A stretch of DNA of 64,000 bases from a virus (IMGVR_UViG_3300031251_000003:32001-96000); one strand, 5' to 3'; shown: positions 17,867 through 27,539, counted from the first letter of the stretch. Notes: generated by a model from the letters alone, not told the origin. A program made the numbers and translations.

Positions 17867-20096
17867 TCTTCCCGACTTCGGTGGGGCACAGCAGTATGAT
17901 CTCATGGCCGCTCATATCATGGAAACCTTCCCTGAATCCGAGTGGCCATTGTGGGTTAAGAACCGTTCTCGTGCCAAGCAATCAGAGCCATTAGACCAGG
18001 GAACCACCCCGTTTCAACCTGAATGGTTGACCAACGAAGGTAAGTGGAAGATTGCGGCAATGAATCTGGGTATCCCAGCCGACTACACGCCTGCTGATCC
18101 TTATGATATCCACGGTAAGATGCCGTTGATCAATGCTATGGAAGTCAAGTGGTGGGAGATGCCACCCGATCAGGCCAAGCAGGTTATTGTCAATGCGTTC
18201 CGAGCCACGATGTTGAGTCCTCGAATGAACCTCAAGAGTAACGCGATCCTGTATCAGTCTCTCATGGATATCCCAGCAGACGAATCTGACCCAACTGTAT
18301 TTGAAAATCGTATTAGAGATCTAAAGGCTAAGTGGGATACGCAGGGTCAGATGGAACTTGGTCAGCAGCCCGATACTGTAATAGATCCTAATGAGATTTT
18401 ACCCGGCAAATTAATGCCTGGGTTCTGGGGTAACCTACGAAGGCTAGCAGGGCTAGGGCCGTTTGTCAATGATCTCTATCGTGCTGCTATGGATGACATA
18501 GAACACGGCGGCAAGGGTCAGATCTTCCGCAACGAGATTCTACACTTAGATATTCCCGGTGTTCAGTCCAAGGTTGCGTCTTTCGCTTGGTTGGCGTTAT
18601 CGCCAAACACGTCCGAATTAGCAACTCTTGATGTTCACATGATGCGTCATCTCAATGAGGCAGACGAGTCACCCAAGAACGCTAAGCATTATCTTGATCT
18701 AGAGGATCGACTAAGGAATGAACGGGATGAAATCTACGGAACAGAGGTTCCGCTCAGTCATTATCAGTGGGGAGTCTGGGATTCACGACGTACACCGGGA
18801 TACCATCAGGATCATACGCCGCTCAGAGCTTACCAACCTACACCATTCACAGATATAGCGTGGCCTAATACATATAGGCCACCAAGACCACAGAGGTTAG
18901 AAGAGATGCACCCGGAACAACAGAGTTTATTAGGTAAATGGAACAAGTTGCCACGGTGGTCAATGGTCAAACTAGCAGATAGTTACTCTCTTCAGGGAGA
19001 GACTATCGCCGGATTACCTAACTTGCAGGGTCAGGGAATCGCAGTCAGACCAGACCGTCAAAGTCAAGCAGAGATTGAATCGATCATCGAAGGACTTTCG
19101 ACACACAAGGATGATCAGCTAAAGCAGAAGAAGTTGATTCCTGATTGGGCTATCAATCGTGGTGGGAAGGTTGCTATGCGTGGATATCCTGATAAACAGA
19201 CTGCATTTGAGATATTTGTGAGAGACATTCTGAATGCAGCCGGTATTACACGCTTGAATGAATCAACCAATGTCTTCATTTACAATTGGGTTCTGGAACA
19301 AACACAAGGCGTAATCCCTAAGTATCCAGGGATAGATTACAATAGTACAAGACAATATCAAAACACTGTTCAAGACTTGGCTAAGAAGTTAGAGAATACC
19401 TCATTAGCTCTTCAGAATAAGATACCCGGAAAAGATTATCGACAAGACCAAGTTGATCGATATTTCAATGGTATCGTTCCTAAGCAAGCTCTTGACAATC
19501 CTCCAACTGCTCCGAGTGGGTTCACCTTAGGGCCAGATTCTGGATTCACTTATGCGCCAGGAGTTATCTGTGTAGCTGAGTGGGTTACTACAGATTTGGC
19601 ATGGTTATTACTCAATGATGCTTGTCTTGGAATTGTCGCAGAAAAGGGTGGGGCGGCTAGTCACGCCGTTGTCGTTGCCCGTACTCGAAATATACCGGTA
19701 ATTGTCAATGTACCCGAGGCTTCCAGAATTCAGCCTGGGGATCATTTGCAAATAGATTCTGGGCGTGCTATAATAGATGTTAATGGTGGACAGGTAGGAG
19801 ATTTTGGTGAAGCCAAGCAAGCCGAACTTCCCATCATCCGATTTGTTTGGTCGAATGGCCAGGGTAAGTCAACACCAGTTCCACAAGATGACCCCGAAAG
19901 TGGGGTTCTGCATCAGCATATCATCATGGAAATGATGCAGGCAGGGCAGTTTGACAGAAACAACTTTGCTATGGGCGTAATCTACCCGGACGGAAAGGTT
20001 CAGATGACAGGCAATCCAACCGACGAACCGCAGATGGAGCAATGGCTACAGACGATTCACCCGATTCAGGGCATTCAGCACGGCTTCGAGCTATAG
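17856..20096 (+). CDS. Multidomain protein: HhH-GPD (Ogg-like) DNA glycosylase + PEP-utiliser mobile phospho-His domain + His module
   Basis: IPGVQSKVASFAW...ATLDVHMMRHL...YLDLE; GIVAEKGGAASHAVVVARTRNIPVIV...IQPGDHLQID. Confidence 0.72.
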   Translation: MAINLPDFGGAQQYDLMAAHIMETFPESEWPLWVKNRSRAKQSEPLDQGTTPFQPEWLTNEGKWKIAAMNLGIPADYTPADPYDIHGKMPLINAMEVKWWEMPPDQAKQVIVNAFRATMLSPRMNLKSNAILYQSLMDIPADESDPTVFENRIRDLKAKWDTQGQMELGQQPDTVIDPNEILPGKLMPGFWGNLRRLAGLGPFVNDLYRAAMDDIEHGGKGQIFRNEILHLDIPGVQSKVASFAWLALSPNTSELATLDVHMMRHLNEADESPKNAKHYLDLEDRLRNERDEIYGTEVPLSHYQWGVWDSRRTPGYHQDHTPLRAYQPTPFTDIAWPNTYRPPRPQRLEEMHPEQQSLLGKWNKLPRWSMVKLADSYSLQGETIAGLPNLQGQGIAVRPDRQSQAEIESIIEGLSTHKDDQLKQKKLIPDWAINRGGKVAMRGYPDKQTAFEIFVRDILNAAGITRLNESTNVFIYNWVLEQTQGVIPKYPGIDYNSTRQYQNTVQDLAKKLENTSLALQNKIPGKDYRQDQVDRYFNGIVPKQALDNPPTAPSGFTLGPDSGFTYAPGVICVAEWVTTDLAWLLLNDACLGIVAEKGGAASHAVVVARTRNIPVIVNVPEASRIQPGDHLQIDSGRAIIDVNGGQVGDFGEAKQAELPIIRFVWSNGQGKSTPVPQDDPESGVLHQHIIMEMMQAGQFDRNNFAMGVIYPDGKVQMTGNPTDEPQMEQWLQTIHPIQGIQHGFEL

Positions 20097-20248
20097 AGAG
20101 ACTATTAGAGAAGGAGCGAAGCGGTCTTATTACGCATCGTCCATATCCGACTCATGCCGAACGTGTTGCCAAAATTAGACTCAAGGAACAACTCGAAGTC
20201 CAAAGAAAGATTGAAGAGTTGCGTGAAGCTGAGTCTAAAACAGAGTAA
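20042..20248 (+). CDS. Hypothetical coiled-coil protein
   Basis: Fills the gap; charged helical composition; start uncertain. Confidence 0.4.
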   Translation: MATDDSPDSGHSARLRAIERLLEKERSGLITHRPYPTHAERVAKIRLKEQLEVQRKIEELREAESKTE

Positions 20249-20426
20249 GCTGGTTCCAGACTTCGAAGTCCTTATTGGTCGCCCAAACCTGGGTACCATC
20301 TTCGAATTCTAGAATATAGATCTCAAAATGATTCTGGGGAGGTAAGGCGAGAGTCTTCACGACATCTGCCTTTTGACCTTTCTTCCAGTCATTGTGACGA
20401 GAATCTGATAGGAACCGTACTCTCAT
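20235..20426 (-). CDS. Small SH3-like hypothetical protein, leaderless
   Basis: ATG lies 6 nt after the -10 box of the promoter at 20433-20461. Confidence 0.6.
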   Translation of the reverse strand: MRVRFLSDSRHNDWKKGQKADVVKTLALPPQNHFEIYILEFEDGTQVWATNKDFEVWNQLTLF

Positions 20427-20432
20427 CTCATA

Positions 20433-20461
20433 AGTGTAGCACAAATAAGTATATTCTGCAA
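20433..20461 (-). promoter_or_regulatory. SigA/sigma70-type promoter
   Basis: TTGCAG-N17-TACACT with extended TG. Confidence 0.65.
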
Positions 20462-20522
20462 GCTTCCTAGCTCTAATAAGTAGAGTACTTCAACTAGAGG
20501 TTTAACGGAGTAGGAATAACTG

Positions 20523-23045
20523 ATGACACAGTTTGCATACGGGCAGCTTGAGAGCGCCTATCTTAATGTTAAGGAAGCAGCAAATGAACCATGGAGAGGA
20601 ATCACAGCTTGGGTTCAGGGAATGCCTTATCTCATCATCGACAAGAACGGTGAGAGTTTCGTATTAGAGGGCGAAGATGGTAACACCATCGAGCTAGAAA
20701 GATTTGAGAGTTGGGAACCCGCGACTGACGAGAGTAGTCTAGTCGCAGCAAGTCGTCTTGAAGGTTCTCCGTTTACTCGTGGAGTGAAGGTCGGTACGTT
20801 CACCGTAGGAAACCTTGTTTACTTTGAAAAAGAGTGGCAGGTTCGTGTGGGCGATACTGGTTTTACATTGCCACTTGAGAGATTAGTATCCAGATATGAT
20901 CAGGCACGGTGGGACAAGAGCGCCGATCTAATGCCCGCAATGGATTATCATTGCCCTGAATGCAAATCTCAAGACGTTATCCCTGATGCGGGAATGATGG
21001 TCTGTAAAGATTGTGGTTACTCTGGCCCAGAACAAGACTTTGAAAATGAACAACCTGATTATGATCCCACATTCGATGATCGAGCATGGTACGAAGATTG
21101 GAGTGGCCCGGAAGATCACGATGGTTACACTACTTCGGTAAAGCAGGCAGACTTTGAAGACGAACATCTATCACCTTCAGTACCTACGGGTGACGGTGGA
21201 GAGAACTGGAACACATTCGAGTACAATCTCCCGCCTCATGGTATCCACTTCAGAACCCACGCAGCTATGCAGGCCGCAAACATGCAGGCTAGAGTCCATT
21301 ATCCTCCTGGGGTAACAGATCATCATCCTGAAGGATTCACTAGCACCGTTCCTGGCCCTACGGCTATGGACGATATGATGATCCCAATGGATTATACGAT
21401 GAAGCACGGTGGTAGTCCTGAGGATATCGTTGTTCAGGTCGAGACTCCTAATGATCCAGAGCAGGTAAGACAGCTTATGGATCAGGTTGGTGGCCGTAGG
21501 AGTGCTAAAACAGCGGAAGTTGAAGAACCGATGAACGATCCTACCGTCGATACCCAGAAGGGATTGAAGTGCCCGAAGTGTGGATCCCATACTTTGCGAG
21601 CTTATTCACCCGAAGGTAACGAGGCAACTATCGTATGTCTGACTTGTGGTAATGAGTTCAAGAGAGACGTTCATTTTAATCCACAGTCATCCGTACGTCA
21701 GGCAACAATGCCCGTAGATCCTAACCTACACGCTCAGATTCTAGGACTCACTCAGCAGATACAGCAGGCTTATGAGCAGGGGAATACATCCCTGGCTCAG
21801 CAGTTGAATGCACAGCTTCAGCAGTTGCTCAATAACCCCAACGCGCCTATCAATCCTAATCAGTCTGTCATGACTTCTGGATGGAAGGTTGCTAATCAGT
21901 GGATTAGAAAGCGAGGGGATCAATGGTGCATCATTCAGAAGGGCACGGGTAAGGAACTATCTTGCCACGACTCCGAAGAGAAAGCTAACGCATCCTTCCG
22001 TGCTATGGAAATGCATAAGCATATGGGCGGTGAGTTCAAACCGGGTTGCTCTTGTGGTGGTAACTGTGGTTGTGGCAAAGGTGACAAGAAAACAGCAGTA
22101 GTCGATAATAGTCAATTGACTGACACTACTGAGAGGTTCTTCCTCGAATCTATGACTTTTGAAGCGACTGGTTTAGAAGAAGGAGATCGCTCAATTTGTC
22201 CGAGATGCAATGGACAATTAGCTCTTGATCCTTCTAGTCAGACTTTGAAGTGTCAGAATTGTGGTTATAATGGTGGCCCTTCGGGACAAAGGAATATGGA
22301 TTATGGCCCATTGAATCACACACAAATTCAGAGTTGGTACGATGGTGCCGATGATCCGTATCCTCCTGGCCCGGATCAAGTGAATCTAGATGACTATCAG
22401 GCCGAAGATCCTCAGGACTTCGATGATCGCAACATCGACTTCGCTCATTGCCCTGCTTGTGATGGCCCTGGTGTATTACTAGGCCAGCTTGGTTCTAGAA
22501 TTCATTACCGATGTCGTAACTGTGGTGTAGATTTTAGCCACAACACCGAGGGTAGTGATCATCAGACTCCTGGATTCACTAACGAAGCACCAGATCAATC
22601 ACCTGGAACCACCTACATGGGTAGTTACGAGGAAGTCAAAGAGGTTAACCAGAACACTCTAAAGGCATTCAAAGACTCAAGTGGAAATCCTTTGGAAGCT
22701 GGGAGACTCTACGTGCTCCATCATCCAGAATACAAGGTTCCCGATATTGTAAAGATCCTTAATCTAGAGGACAATCGTATCGAGGCAGCCATTGCATCGG
22801 ATGAGCATGGTTCATTCCCAATTCATATTACGCATGATGATGTTTTCACCCTAGATCCTTACGAGGATAAGAAGACGAGTAGCTGGAAGATCTCCCGCAA
22901 CAACATCAGTGCTCAGGAACAGGAAGACTTGATCAAAGAGAACATGGAAGGTAAGGCTCGCAACTTTGACAAGTTGAATCTAAGCAACACTCACTACCAA
23001 GTGAAAGAAGAATCAACTGATCCTTATTTCCTCCTAGGTATTTAA
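20523..23045 (+). CDS. Multi-Zn-ribbon head-associated protein
   Basis: Four CxxC...CxxC ribbons and a CSCGGNCGC motif; many K/R-x-A linkers; C-terminal EQEDLIKE..ARNFDKLNLSNTHY; strong RBS. Confidence 0.7.
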   Translation: MTQFAYGQLESAYLNVKEAANEPWRGITAWVQGMPYLIIDKNGESFVLEGEDGNTIELERFESWEPATDESSLVAASRLEGSPFTRGVKVGTFTVGNLVYFEKEWQVRVGDTGFTLPLERLVSRYDQARWDKSADLMPAMDYHCPECKSQDVIPDAGMMVCKDCGYSGPEQDFENEQPDYDPTFDDRAWYEDWSGPEDHDGYTTSVKQADFEDEHLSPSVPTGDGGENWNTFEYNLPPHGIHFRTHAAMQAANMQARVHYPPGVTDHHPEGFTSTVPGPTAMDDMMIPMDYTMKHGGSPEDIVVQVETPNDPEQVRQLMDQVGGRRSAKTAEVEEPMNDPTVDTQKGLKCPKCGSHTLRAYSPEGNEATIVCLTCGNEFKRDVHFNPQSSVRQATMPVDPNLHAQILGLTQQIQQAYEQGNTSLAQQLNAQLQQLLNNPNAPINPNQSVMTSGWKVANQWIRKRGDQWCIIQKGTGKELSCHDSEEKANASFRAMEMHKHMGGEFKPGCSCGGNCGCGKGDKKTAVVDNSQLTDTTERFFLESMTFEATGLEEGDRSICPRCNGQLALDPSSQTLKCQNCGYNGGPSGQRNMDYGPLNHTQIQSWYDGADDPYPPGPDQVNLDDYQAEDPQDFDDRNIDFAHCPACDGPGVLLGQLGSRIHYRCRNCGVDFSHNTEGSDHQTPGFTNEAPDQSPGTTYMGSYEEVKEVNQNTLKAFKDSSGNPLEAGRLYVLHHPEYKVPDIVKILNLEDNRIEAAIASDEHGSFPIHITHDDVFTLDPYEDKKTSSWKISRNNISAQEQEDLIKENMEGKARNFDKLNLSNTHYQVKEESTDPYFLLGI

Positions 23046-23057
23046 GAGGTTTAGTCT

Positions 23058-23627
23058 ATGCGTACCACGACTAATATCGGATTAACGGTATGGAATTTAT
23101 CCACGGATGCATTTGATCATACAATGCTTTCGGGCAATTGGGATCTTATTGATGCAATCGCCAATGCACCAGCGAATTCAATTTATCAGAGTTTAACTCT
23201 ACCAGTAAGTAGTAACTTCGTAGGGCGTATGGTTCTTCTTACTGGTGTCGATGGTGGATTTCAGCCCGGTACATTAGTCCGTTACGACGGAGCCAATTGG
23301 CAACCCGTTAATCGTATGGAAATCCAGCCTGCTATTCCTACTTTGGGAAACTTTCCAGGCCGTGTAATTATCTTATCGGCAACAAATGGTGGGTTCGCTG
23401 CTTGGTCTGTTATTAGATACGATGGAACTGCATGGAACATCGTTGGTGGATGGAATACCGTCAACACTGGTGCCGGAAGTACTAATATCAAAGGACTCAA
23501 GGTTGATAGCAGTGATGTCTATATCACAGATATCAACAGAGGATTAGTTCTATCTGATAGAACTAATGGTAACTTCTACCGCTTGTTTTTCACAGGCGGT
23601 AATCTAGTATTTGAACAGGTGACATAA
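23058..23627 (+). CDS. Virion structural protein (fibre-like, internal repeat)
   Basis: Two repeats NF.GR..L....GGF.....RYDG..W. Confidence 0.6.
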   Translation: MRTTTNIGLTVWNLSTDAFDHTMLSGNWDLIDAIANAPANSIYQSLTLPVSSNFVGRMVLLTGVDGGFQPGTLVRYDGANWQPVNRMEIQPAIPTLGNFPGRVIILSATNGGFAAWSVIRYDGTAWNIVGGWNTVNTGAGSTNIKGLKVDSSDVYITDINRGLVLSDRTNGNFYRLFFTGGNLVFEQVT

Positions 23628-24191
23628 ATGGCTACATTCATTGGGGATCCTCCCGGAACAGTTAAGCAGTTTGCAGGTTCAGTAGCCCCTACGGGCTATC
23701 TGATTTGTGATGGATCTACAGTTTCAAGAGCAACCTACGCTGCTTTGTTCACTGCTATCGGAATAGCCTATGGTGCTGGTGATGGATCAACAACCTTTGG
23801 CCTTCCAGATGGTCGTGGTCGAGTGTTAGTAGGTTTAGGTACTCATGCCGACGTGGGAACATTAGCCAATAACGAAGGTGCTTCATTAGGTGCTCGCCGC
23901 GTTAAGCACAAGCATACTAGTTCGTTCAGTGTCAATGATCCTGGACATAACCATGGTGGTGTCACGAGTGGCCCTAGTATTGGTATCCAGGAGCACAGTG
24001 TAGGTAACAACTCAACTTGGGGTGTATACTCTGGTGGGAATTGGGATCCTACACCGACATCTGCTCACACTCACACGATACCTTCTTCGGGAACATCGAT
24101 CAGTGTAACGGGGAATGTTGGGCCGCAAACTGGTAACGAACCAACCGATAGCGCAGCCTATTTGGTTATAACCCATATTATCAAAACGTAA
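23628..24191 (+). CDS. Phage tail-collar domain protein
   Basis: PGTVKQFAGSVAPTGYLICDGSTVSRATYAALFTAIG...FGLPDGRGRVLVG; ends in HIIKT. Confidence 0.85.
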   Translation: MATFIGDPPGTVKQFAGSVAPTGYLICDGSTVSRATYAALFTAIGIAYGAGDGSTTFGLPDGRGRVLVGLGTHADVGTLANNEGASLGARRVKHKHTSSFSVNDPGHNHGGVTSGPSIGIQEHSVGNNSTWGVYSGGNWDPTPTSAHTHTIPSSGTSISVTGNVGPQTGNEPTDSAAYLVITHIIKT

Positions 24192-24242
24192 AACTACTAG
24201 CAAGCGCGTGATAACTCAATAAGGAATTAATAGGAGAATAAA

Positions 24243-25016
24243 ATGATTTTTGAAATAGTCTCAGCACCTAAGTCCGATCTTCCAACTGAAGAGGCTCTAA
24301 TTGCAGCCCTAAGCAGAGAGAAGAAGGGATTTAAGGTCGAAAATATACATAGTGAGGGAGATAATTGGGTTGTACGCCTTGCGGCAGATGACAATCTACC
24401 TCCGTTTATGAAGAAGGATGAAGAGGATGAAAGCAAGGACGAAGCAGACGCGGACGATCCTGATGCAGATTCCGATGATGATTCCGAAGATAGCAAGGAT
24501 GACACAGACGACGACAAGGGTGGGGATAAGGGCGACAAACCTGCTAAGAATCCTGCCGCTGAAGTCAAGGGTGTTATCGACCAGCTAACAAAGCTATTCA
24601 CCGATCTTGGTGGTAAGGTTGACGAGCTACAGGCAGCACACGATGAGAAGGCAGATAAGCTCAAGGATATCGGTGACACCGTTGGCCCGGATGGTCATGA
24701 TGGCCCGCCTCCTGGTGACGTAGCTGACATTGGCCCGACTCCTGGTGGCCCTCCTGCACCGCCAATGCCCGACAAGGGATTTGACGGACGCAAGAAGCCA
24801 ATTCCTGGCTCGCCCGGTGGTGGACTTCCTACATTCACGAACTATCAGGTAGCTACTCATCCTGGCGTGGATGTTAATGGGAATAAGCTCACCCTCGTAG
24901 CTGCTTCTTCAGCACTTCAGGAAGATCCTGAGTTCGTCAACTACGATGTAGTTGGTGTTACTGAGAATTCTGATGGTACTTTCAGTGCCAAGCTTAAGCT
25001 GAAGACAACGGAGTAA
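24243..25016 (+). CDS. Acidic/Pro-rich head assembly (scaffold-like) protein
   Basis: D/E/K-rich tract, coiled coil and Pro-rich tract; just upstream of the protease. Confidence 0.55.
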   Translation: MIFEIVSAPKSDLPTEEALIAALSREKKGFKVENIHSEGDNWVVRLAADDNLPPFMKKDEEDESKDEADADDPDADSDDDSEDSKDDTDDDKGGDKGDKPAKNPAAEVKGVIDQLTKLFTDLGGKVDELQAAHDEKADKLKDIGDTVGPDGHDGPPPGDVADIGPTPGGPPAPPMPDKGFDGRKKPIPGSPGGGLPTFTNYQVATHPGVDVNGNKLTLVAASSALQEDPEFVNYDVVGVTENSDGTFSAKLKLKTTE

Positions 25017-25018
25017 GT

Positions 25019-25294
25019 ATGGAAGCTCTGGAAGCCAGAGAGATTGCTATTAGAGAATTGAACAGTTTGAGGGGAAGACTCTGCACGGTCATTGAATCGG
25101 CAGGGCTTCCCCAAAAACAAGAGAGAGCGATAGTTACATTGATCAAAAATGCTAGCTACCAGTCTCAAGCAGTGATTAGCGAGCTATTAGAAAAGCTCGA
25201 CAGTGGAGATATCAAATTCACTTACACAGAAAAATTGGATGGCCCATTAAATGATAACGAAATACGCGAACCTCGAACGTATATTAGAAGTTAG
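25019..25294 (+). CDS. Hypothetical protein
   Basis: 91-aa ORF within the head operon. Confidence 0.55.
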   Translation: MEALEAREIAIRELNSLRGRLCTVIESAGLPQKQERAIVTLIKNASYQSQAVISELLEKLDSGDIKFTYTEKLDGPLNDNEIREPRTYIRS

Positions 25295-27539
25295 AAGCAG
25301 TAAGAGCCGATTAGGTTTTACCGAATCTGAATCTGATAACCAGCGATTTGCAAAGTTCGCTGGATTGAATAAGGGAATTCGTGAAGAGGATGGTTATCTC
25401 TACGTTAGATGTCGGGCTATCTCATCTCGTGTAAACAAGAACAACGACGGATGGCCGTCCGAAGAACTATCGAAGTCGTATAAGACCTTTGAGAATCGTC
25501 CTATCTTTGTCGATCACAATAATGACAATCCGAATAGGACTCGTGGGATCATTGTAGCATCCGATCTACACGTAGAAGACAAGGAGAAGGTGTCTGCACT
25601 TGACCAGTATTACTCAAGTGCTCCTGATAACCATCTACCTCCTACTTGGATCGAATTACTTCTAGAAGTAGATGCTAAAACATTCCCGAAGTTGGCCAAG
25701 GCTGTCAAGGAGAAGCGAGTAGATGCTGTGTCGATGGGTGCTAATATCGATACGAGTATTTGTTCTGTATGTGCCCATGAAGCAGCTACTCCTTCGGAGT
25801 ATTGTTCTCACGTAAAGAAGAAGGGATCTACCTTCGAGATTACATCCGACAATGGAGAGAAGGTACACAAAAAAGCATACGAAGATTGTTATGGGATTAA
25901 CTTCTTTGAAATCTCATTCGTCTTCGATCCGGCTGATCCTACCGCTGACGTTCTAGACAAGCAGGCCACAACTAAATCTAGTTCTGAAGAATGTGAGCAC
26001 TGTAGCCATTCTAAATATGATCATCAAGACGGAAGAGGCCCCTGTGAAGAGGCAGGCTGCCACTGTGAAAGATTCAGTGAGTCCCGAGAATCTAGTTTTC
26101 AATTGGCAGAAATGGTGGGTCAAACTCTTTCACCTGAGCGTCTAGCTCAACTAAAGCAGTCTATTCCTTCAGCAGAGCAGTTCATGGCACCGAAGGGACA
26201 AGGACAGAATGATCAACCGAAGAATCGTAACTACATTCCTCAAGAAGATCTAGTAACTGCACCCCAGCATGTGGATACACTTCGCAACGATGAAGTGTGT
26301 CCAGTTTGTCATGCTTCCGAAATGGAAACAGGGGCAGATGGAATTATGACGTGCCCTATTTGTGGTCACGTACAAGAACCAGAACCTCTTAATAACCCTG
26401 ATCTTTCCTTAGCTCAAGACAATCAATTGCGCGAAGATCAGGCACAACCAGGCCAGCCTGTCACTCCTGTCAATGCAGATCCATTGGATGCTGTTGAATT
26501 CGATCATGAACAAAGTCAGATAAGCCAGCCTACTAGTACTACTAAAAGAAAGTATACTCCAAAGGGAATAAGTGATAACGCTATGTTTGAAACCAAATTA
26601 CGAACCACATCAAAAGAGGAAGCTGATAAGATGTTACCCGCAAAGGTAGCTCGAATCGAAACCAAATTAGGTAGTGGTATCCATCGTGGAATTTATGACG
26701 CTGCTCGTGAGGCTGGACTTAAGGTTAAGGTTGCTTATCCTGCGGTTAAATCATCCTCTGAAAATACAGTTGAAGTCCCTGGCGACAACGGAATCTTCAA
26801 CTTGTTTTATGCAGAAGAGTCTGCGATGAATCTAAATGTACCGATGAAGGATGTGCCTGTAGTAATTGAGGCCGCTTCAGAGAAGGATGCTCAGGCATTC
26901 TTGAAGATTTTGACTGAGACTGCATTACCGACTCGGAAGGTTCGTGCTGGTAATGACAAGCAGCCAATTCTACCGGGATCCAAGCCGACCGATGAGCCTA
27001 AGAAGGAGAAGATCATCTCTAATCCGACTCAGCCCGTCGAGGCAGCACTCAAGGAAGCTATTGAGCTTTCTGATGGTGTAGTTGAGATCGATGGTAATAA
27101 GTACAAGTTGAATCTAGTCACTGACGAGGTTGAGGACGATGAGGTCAAGGAAGTAGAGGCCGACGAGTCCAAGGAAGATGAGAAGGAAGATACCTCCAAG
27201 GAAGTAGAGGATACCAAGGAAGAAGAGAAGGATGACGAAGACCGCGAAAGCCGACTGTTGGCAGCATTCAAGCTTGCTGATATGTCAGTCGAGATGGGAC
27301 TAGTTACTCCTGAAAACAAGATGACATTGATTGCTGAACTTGAAGATGAAAATCTGGGTCAGCTAGATGTTCGTGAGAAGACTTTGATCGCTGTAAAGAA
27401 TGCTGGTCTATCCAAGCGCACAGCATCATCGGTACATGGCATTAAGCGAGTTCCAAGATTAAGTCACGCTGTTCCAGCGCTAAATGGCAGTACGAGTACG
27501 CCGAAGGAAGATGTCCCCTTAGAGGCGCTTTTCCTCTAA
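25251..27539 (+). CDS. Capsid maturation (prohead) protease with Zn ribbons and C-terminal scaffold-like region
   Basis: YVRCRAISSRVNKNNDGW..EEL..SYKTF..RPIFVDH, AVSMGA, FFEISFVFDPAD; acidic C-terminus; two genes upstream of MCP. Confidence 0.8.
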   Translation: MITKYANLERILEVRSSKSRLGFTESESDNQRFAKFAGLNKGIREEDGYLYVRCRAISSRVNKNNDGWPSEELSKSYKTFENRPIFVDHNNDNPNRTRGIIVASDLHVEDKEKVSALDQYYSSAPDNHLPPTWIELLLEVDAKTFPKLAKAVKEKRVDAVSMGANIDTSICSVCAHEAATPSEYCSHVKKKGSTFEITSDNGEKVHKKAYEDCYGINFFEISFVFDPADPTADVLDKQATTKSSSEECEHCSHSKYDHQDGRGPCEEAGCHCERFSESRESSFQLAEMVGQTLSPERLAQLKQSIPSAEQFMAPKGQGQNDQPKNRNYIPQEDLVTAPQHVDTLRNDEVCPVCHASEMETGADGIMTCPICGHVQEPEPLNNPDLSLAQDNQLREDQAQPGQPVTPVNADPLDAVEFDHEQSQISQPTSTTKRKYTPKGISDNAMFETKLRTTSKEEADKMLPAKVARIETKLGSGIHRGIYDAAREAGLKVKVAYPAVKSSSENTVEVPGDNGIFNLFYAEESAMNLNVPMKDVPVVIEAASEKDAQAFLKILTETALPTRKVRAGNDKQPILPGSKPTDEPKKEKIISNPTQPVEAALKEAIELSDGVVEIDGNKYKLNLVTDEVEDDEVKEVEADESKEDEKEDTSKEVEDTKEEEKDDEDRESRLLAAFKLADMSVEMGLVTPENKMTLIAELEDENLGQLDVREKTLIAVKNAGLSKRTASSVHGIKRVPRLSHAVPALNGSTSTPKEDVPLEALFL

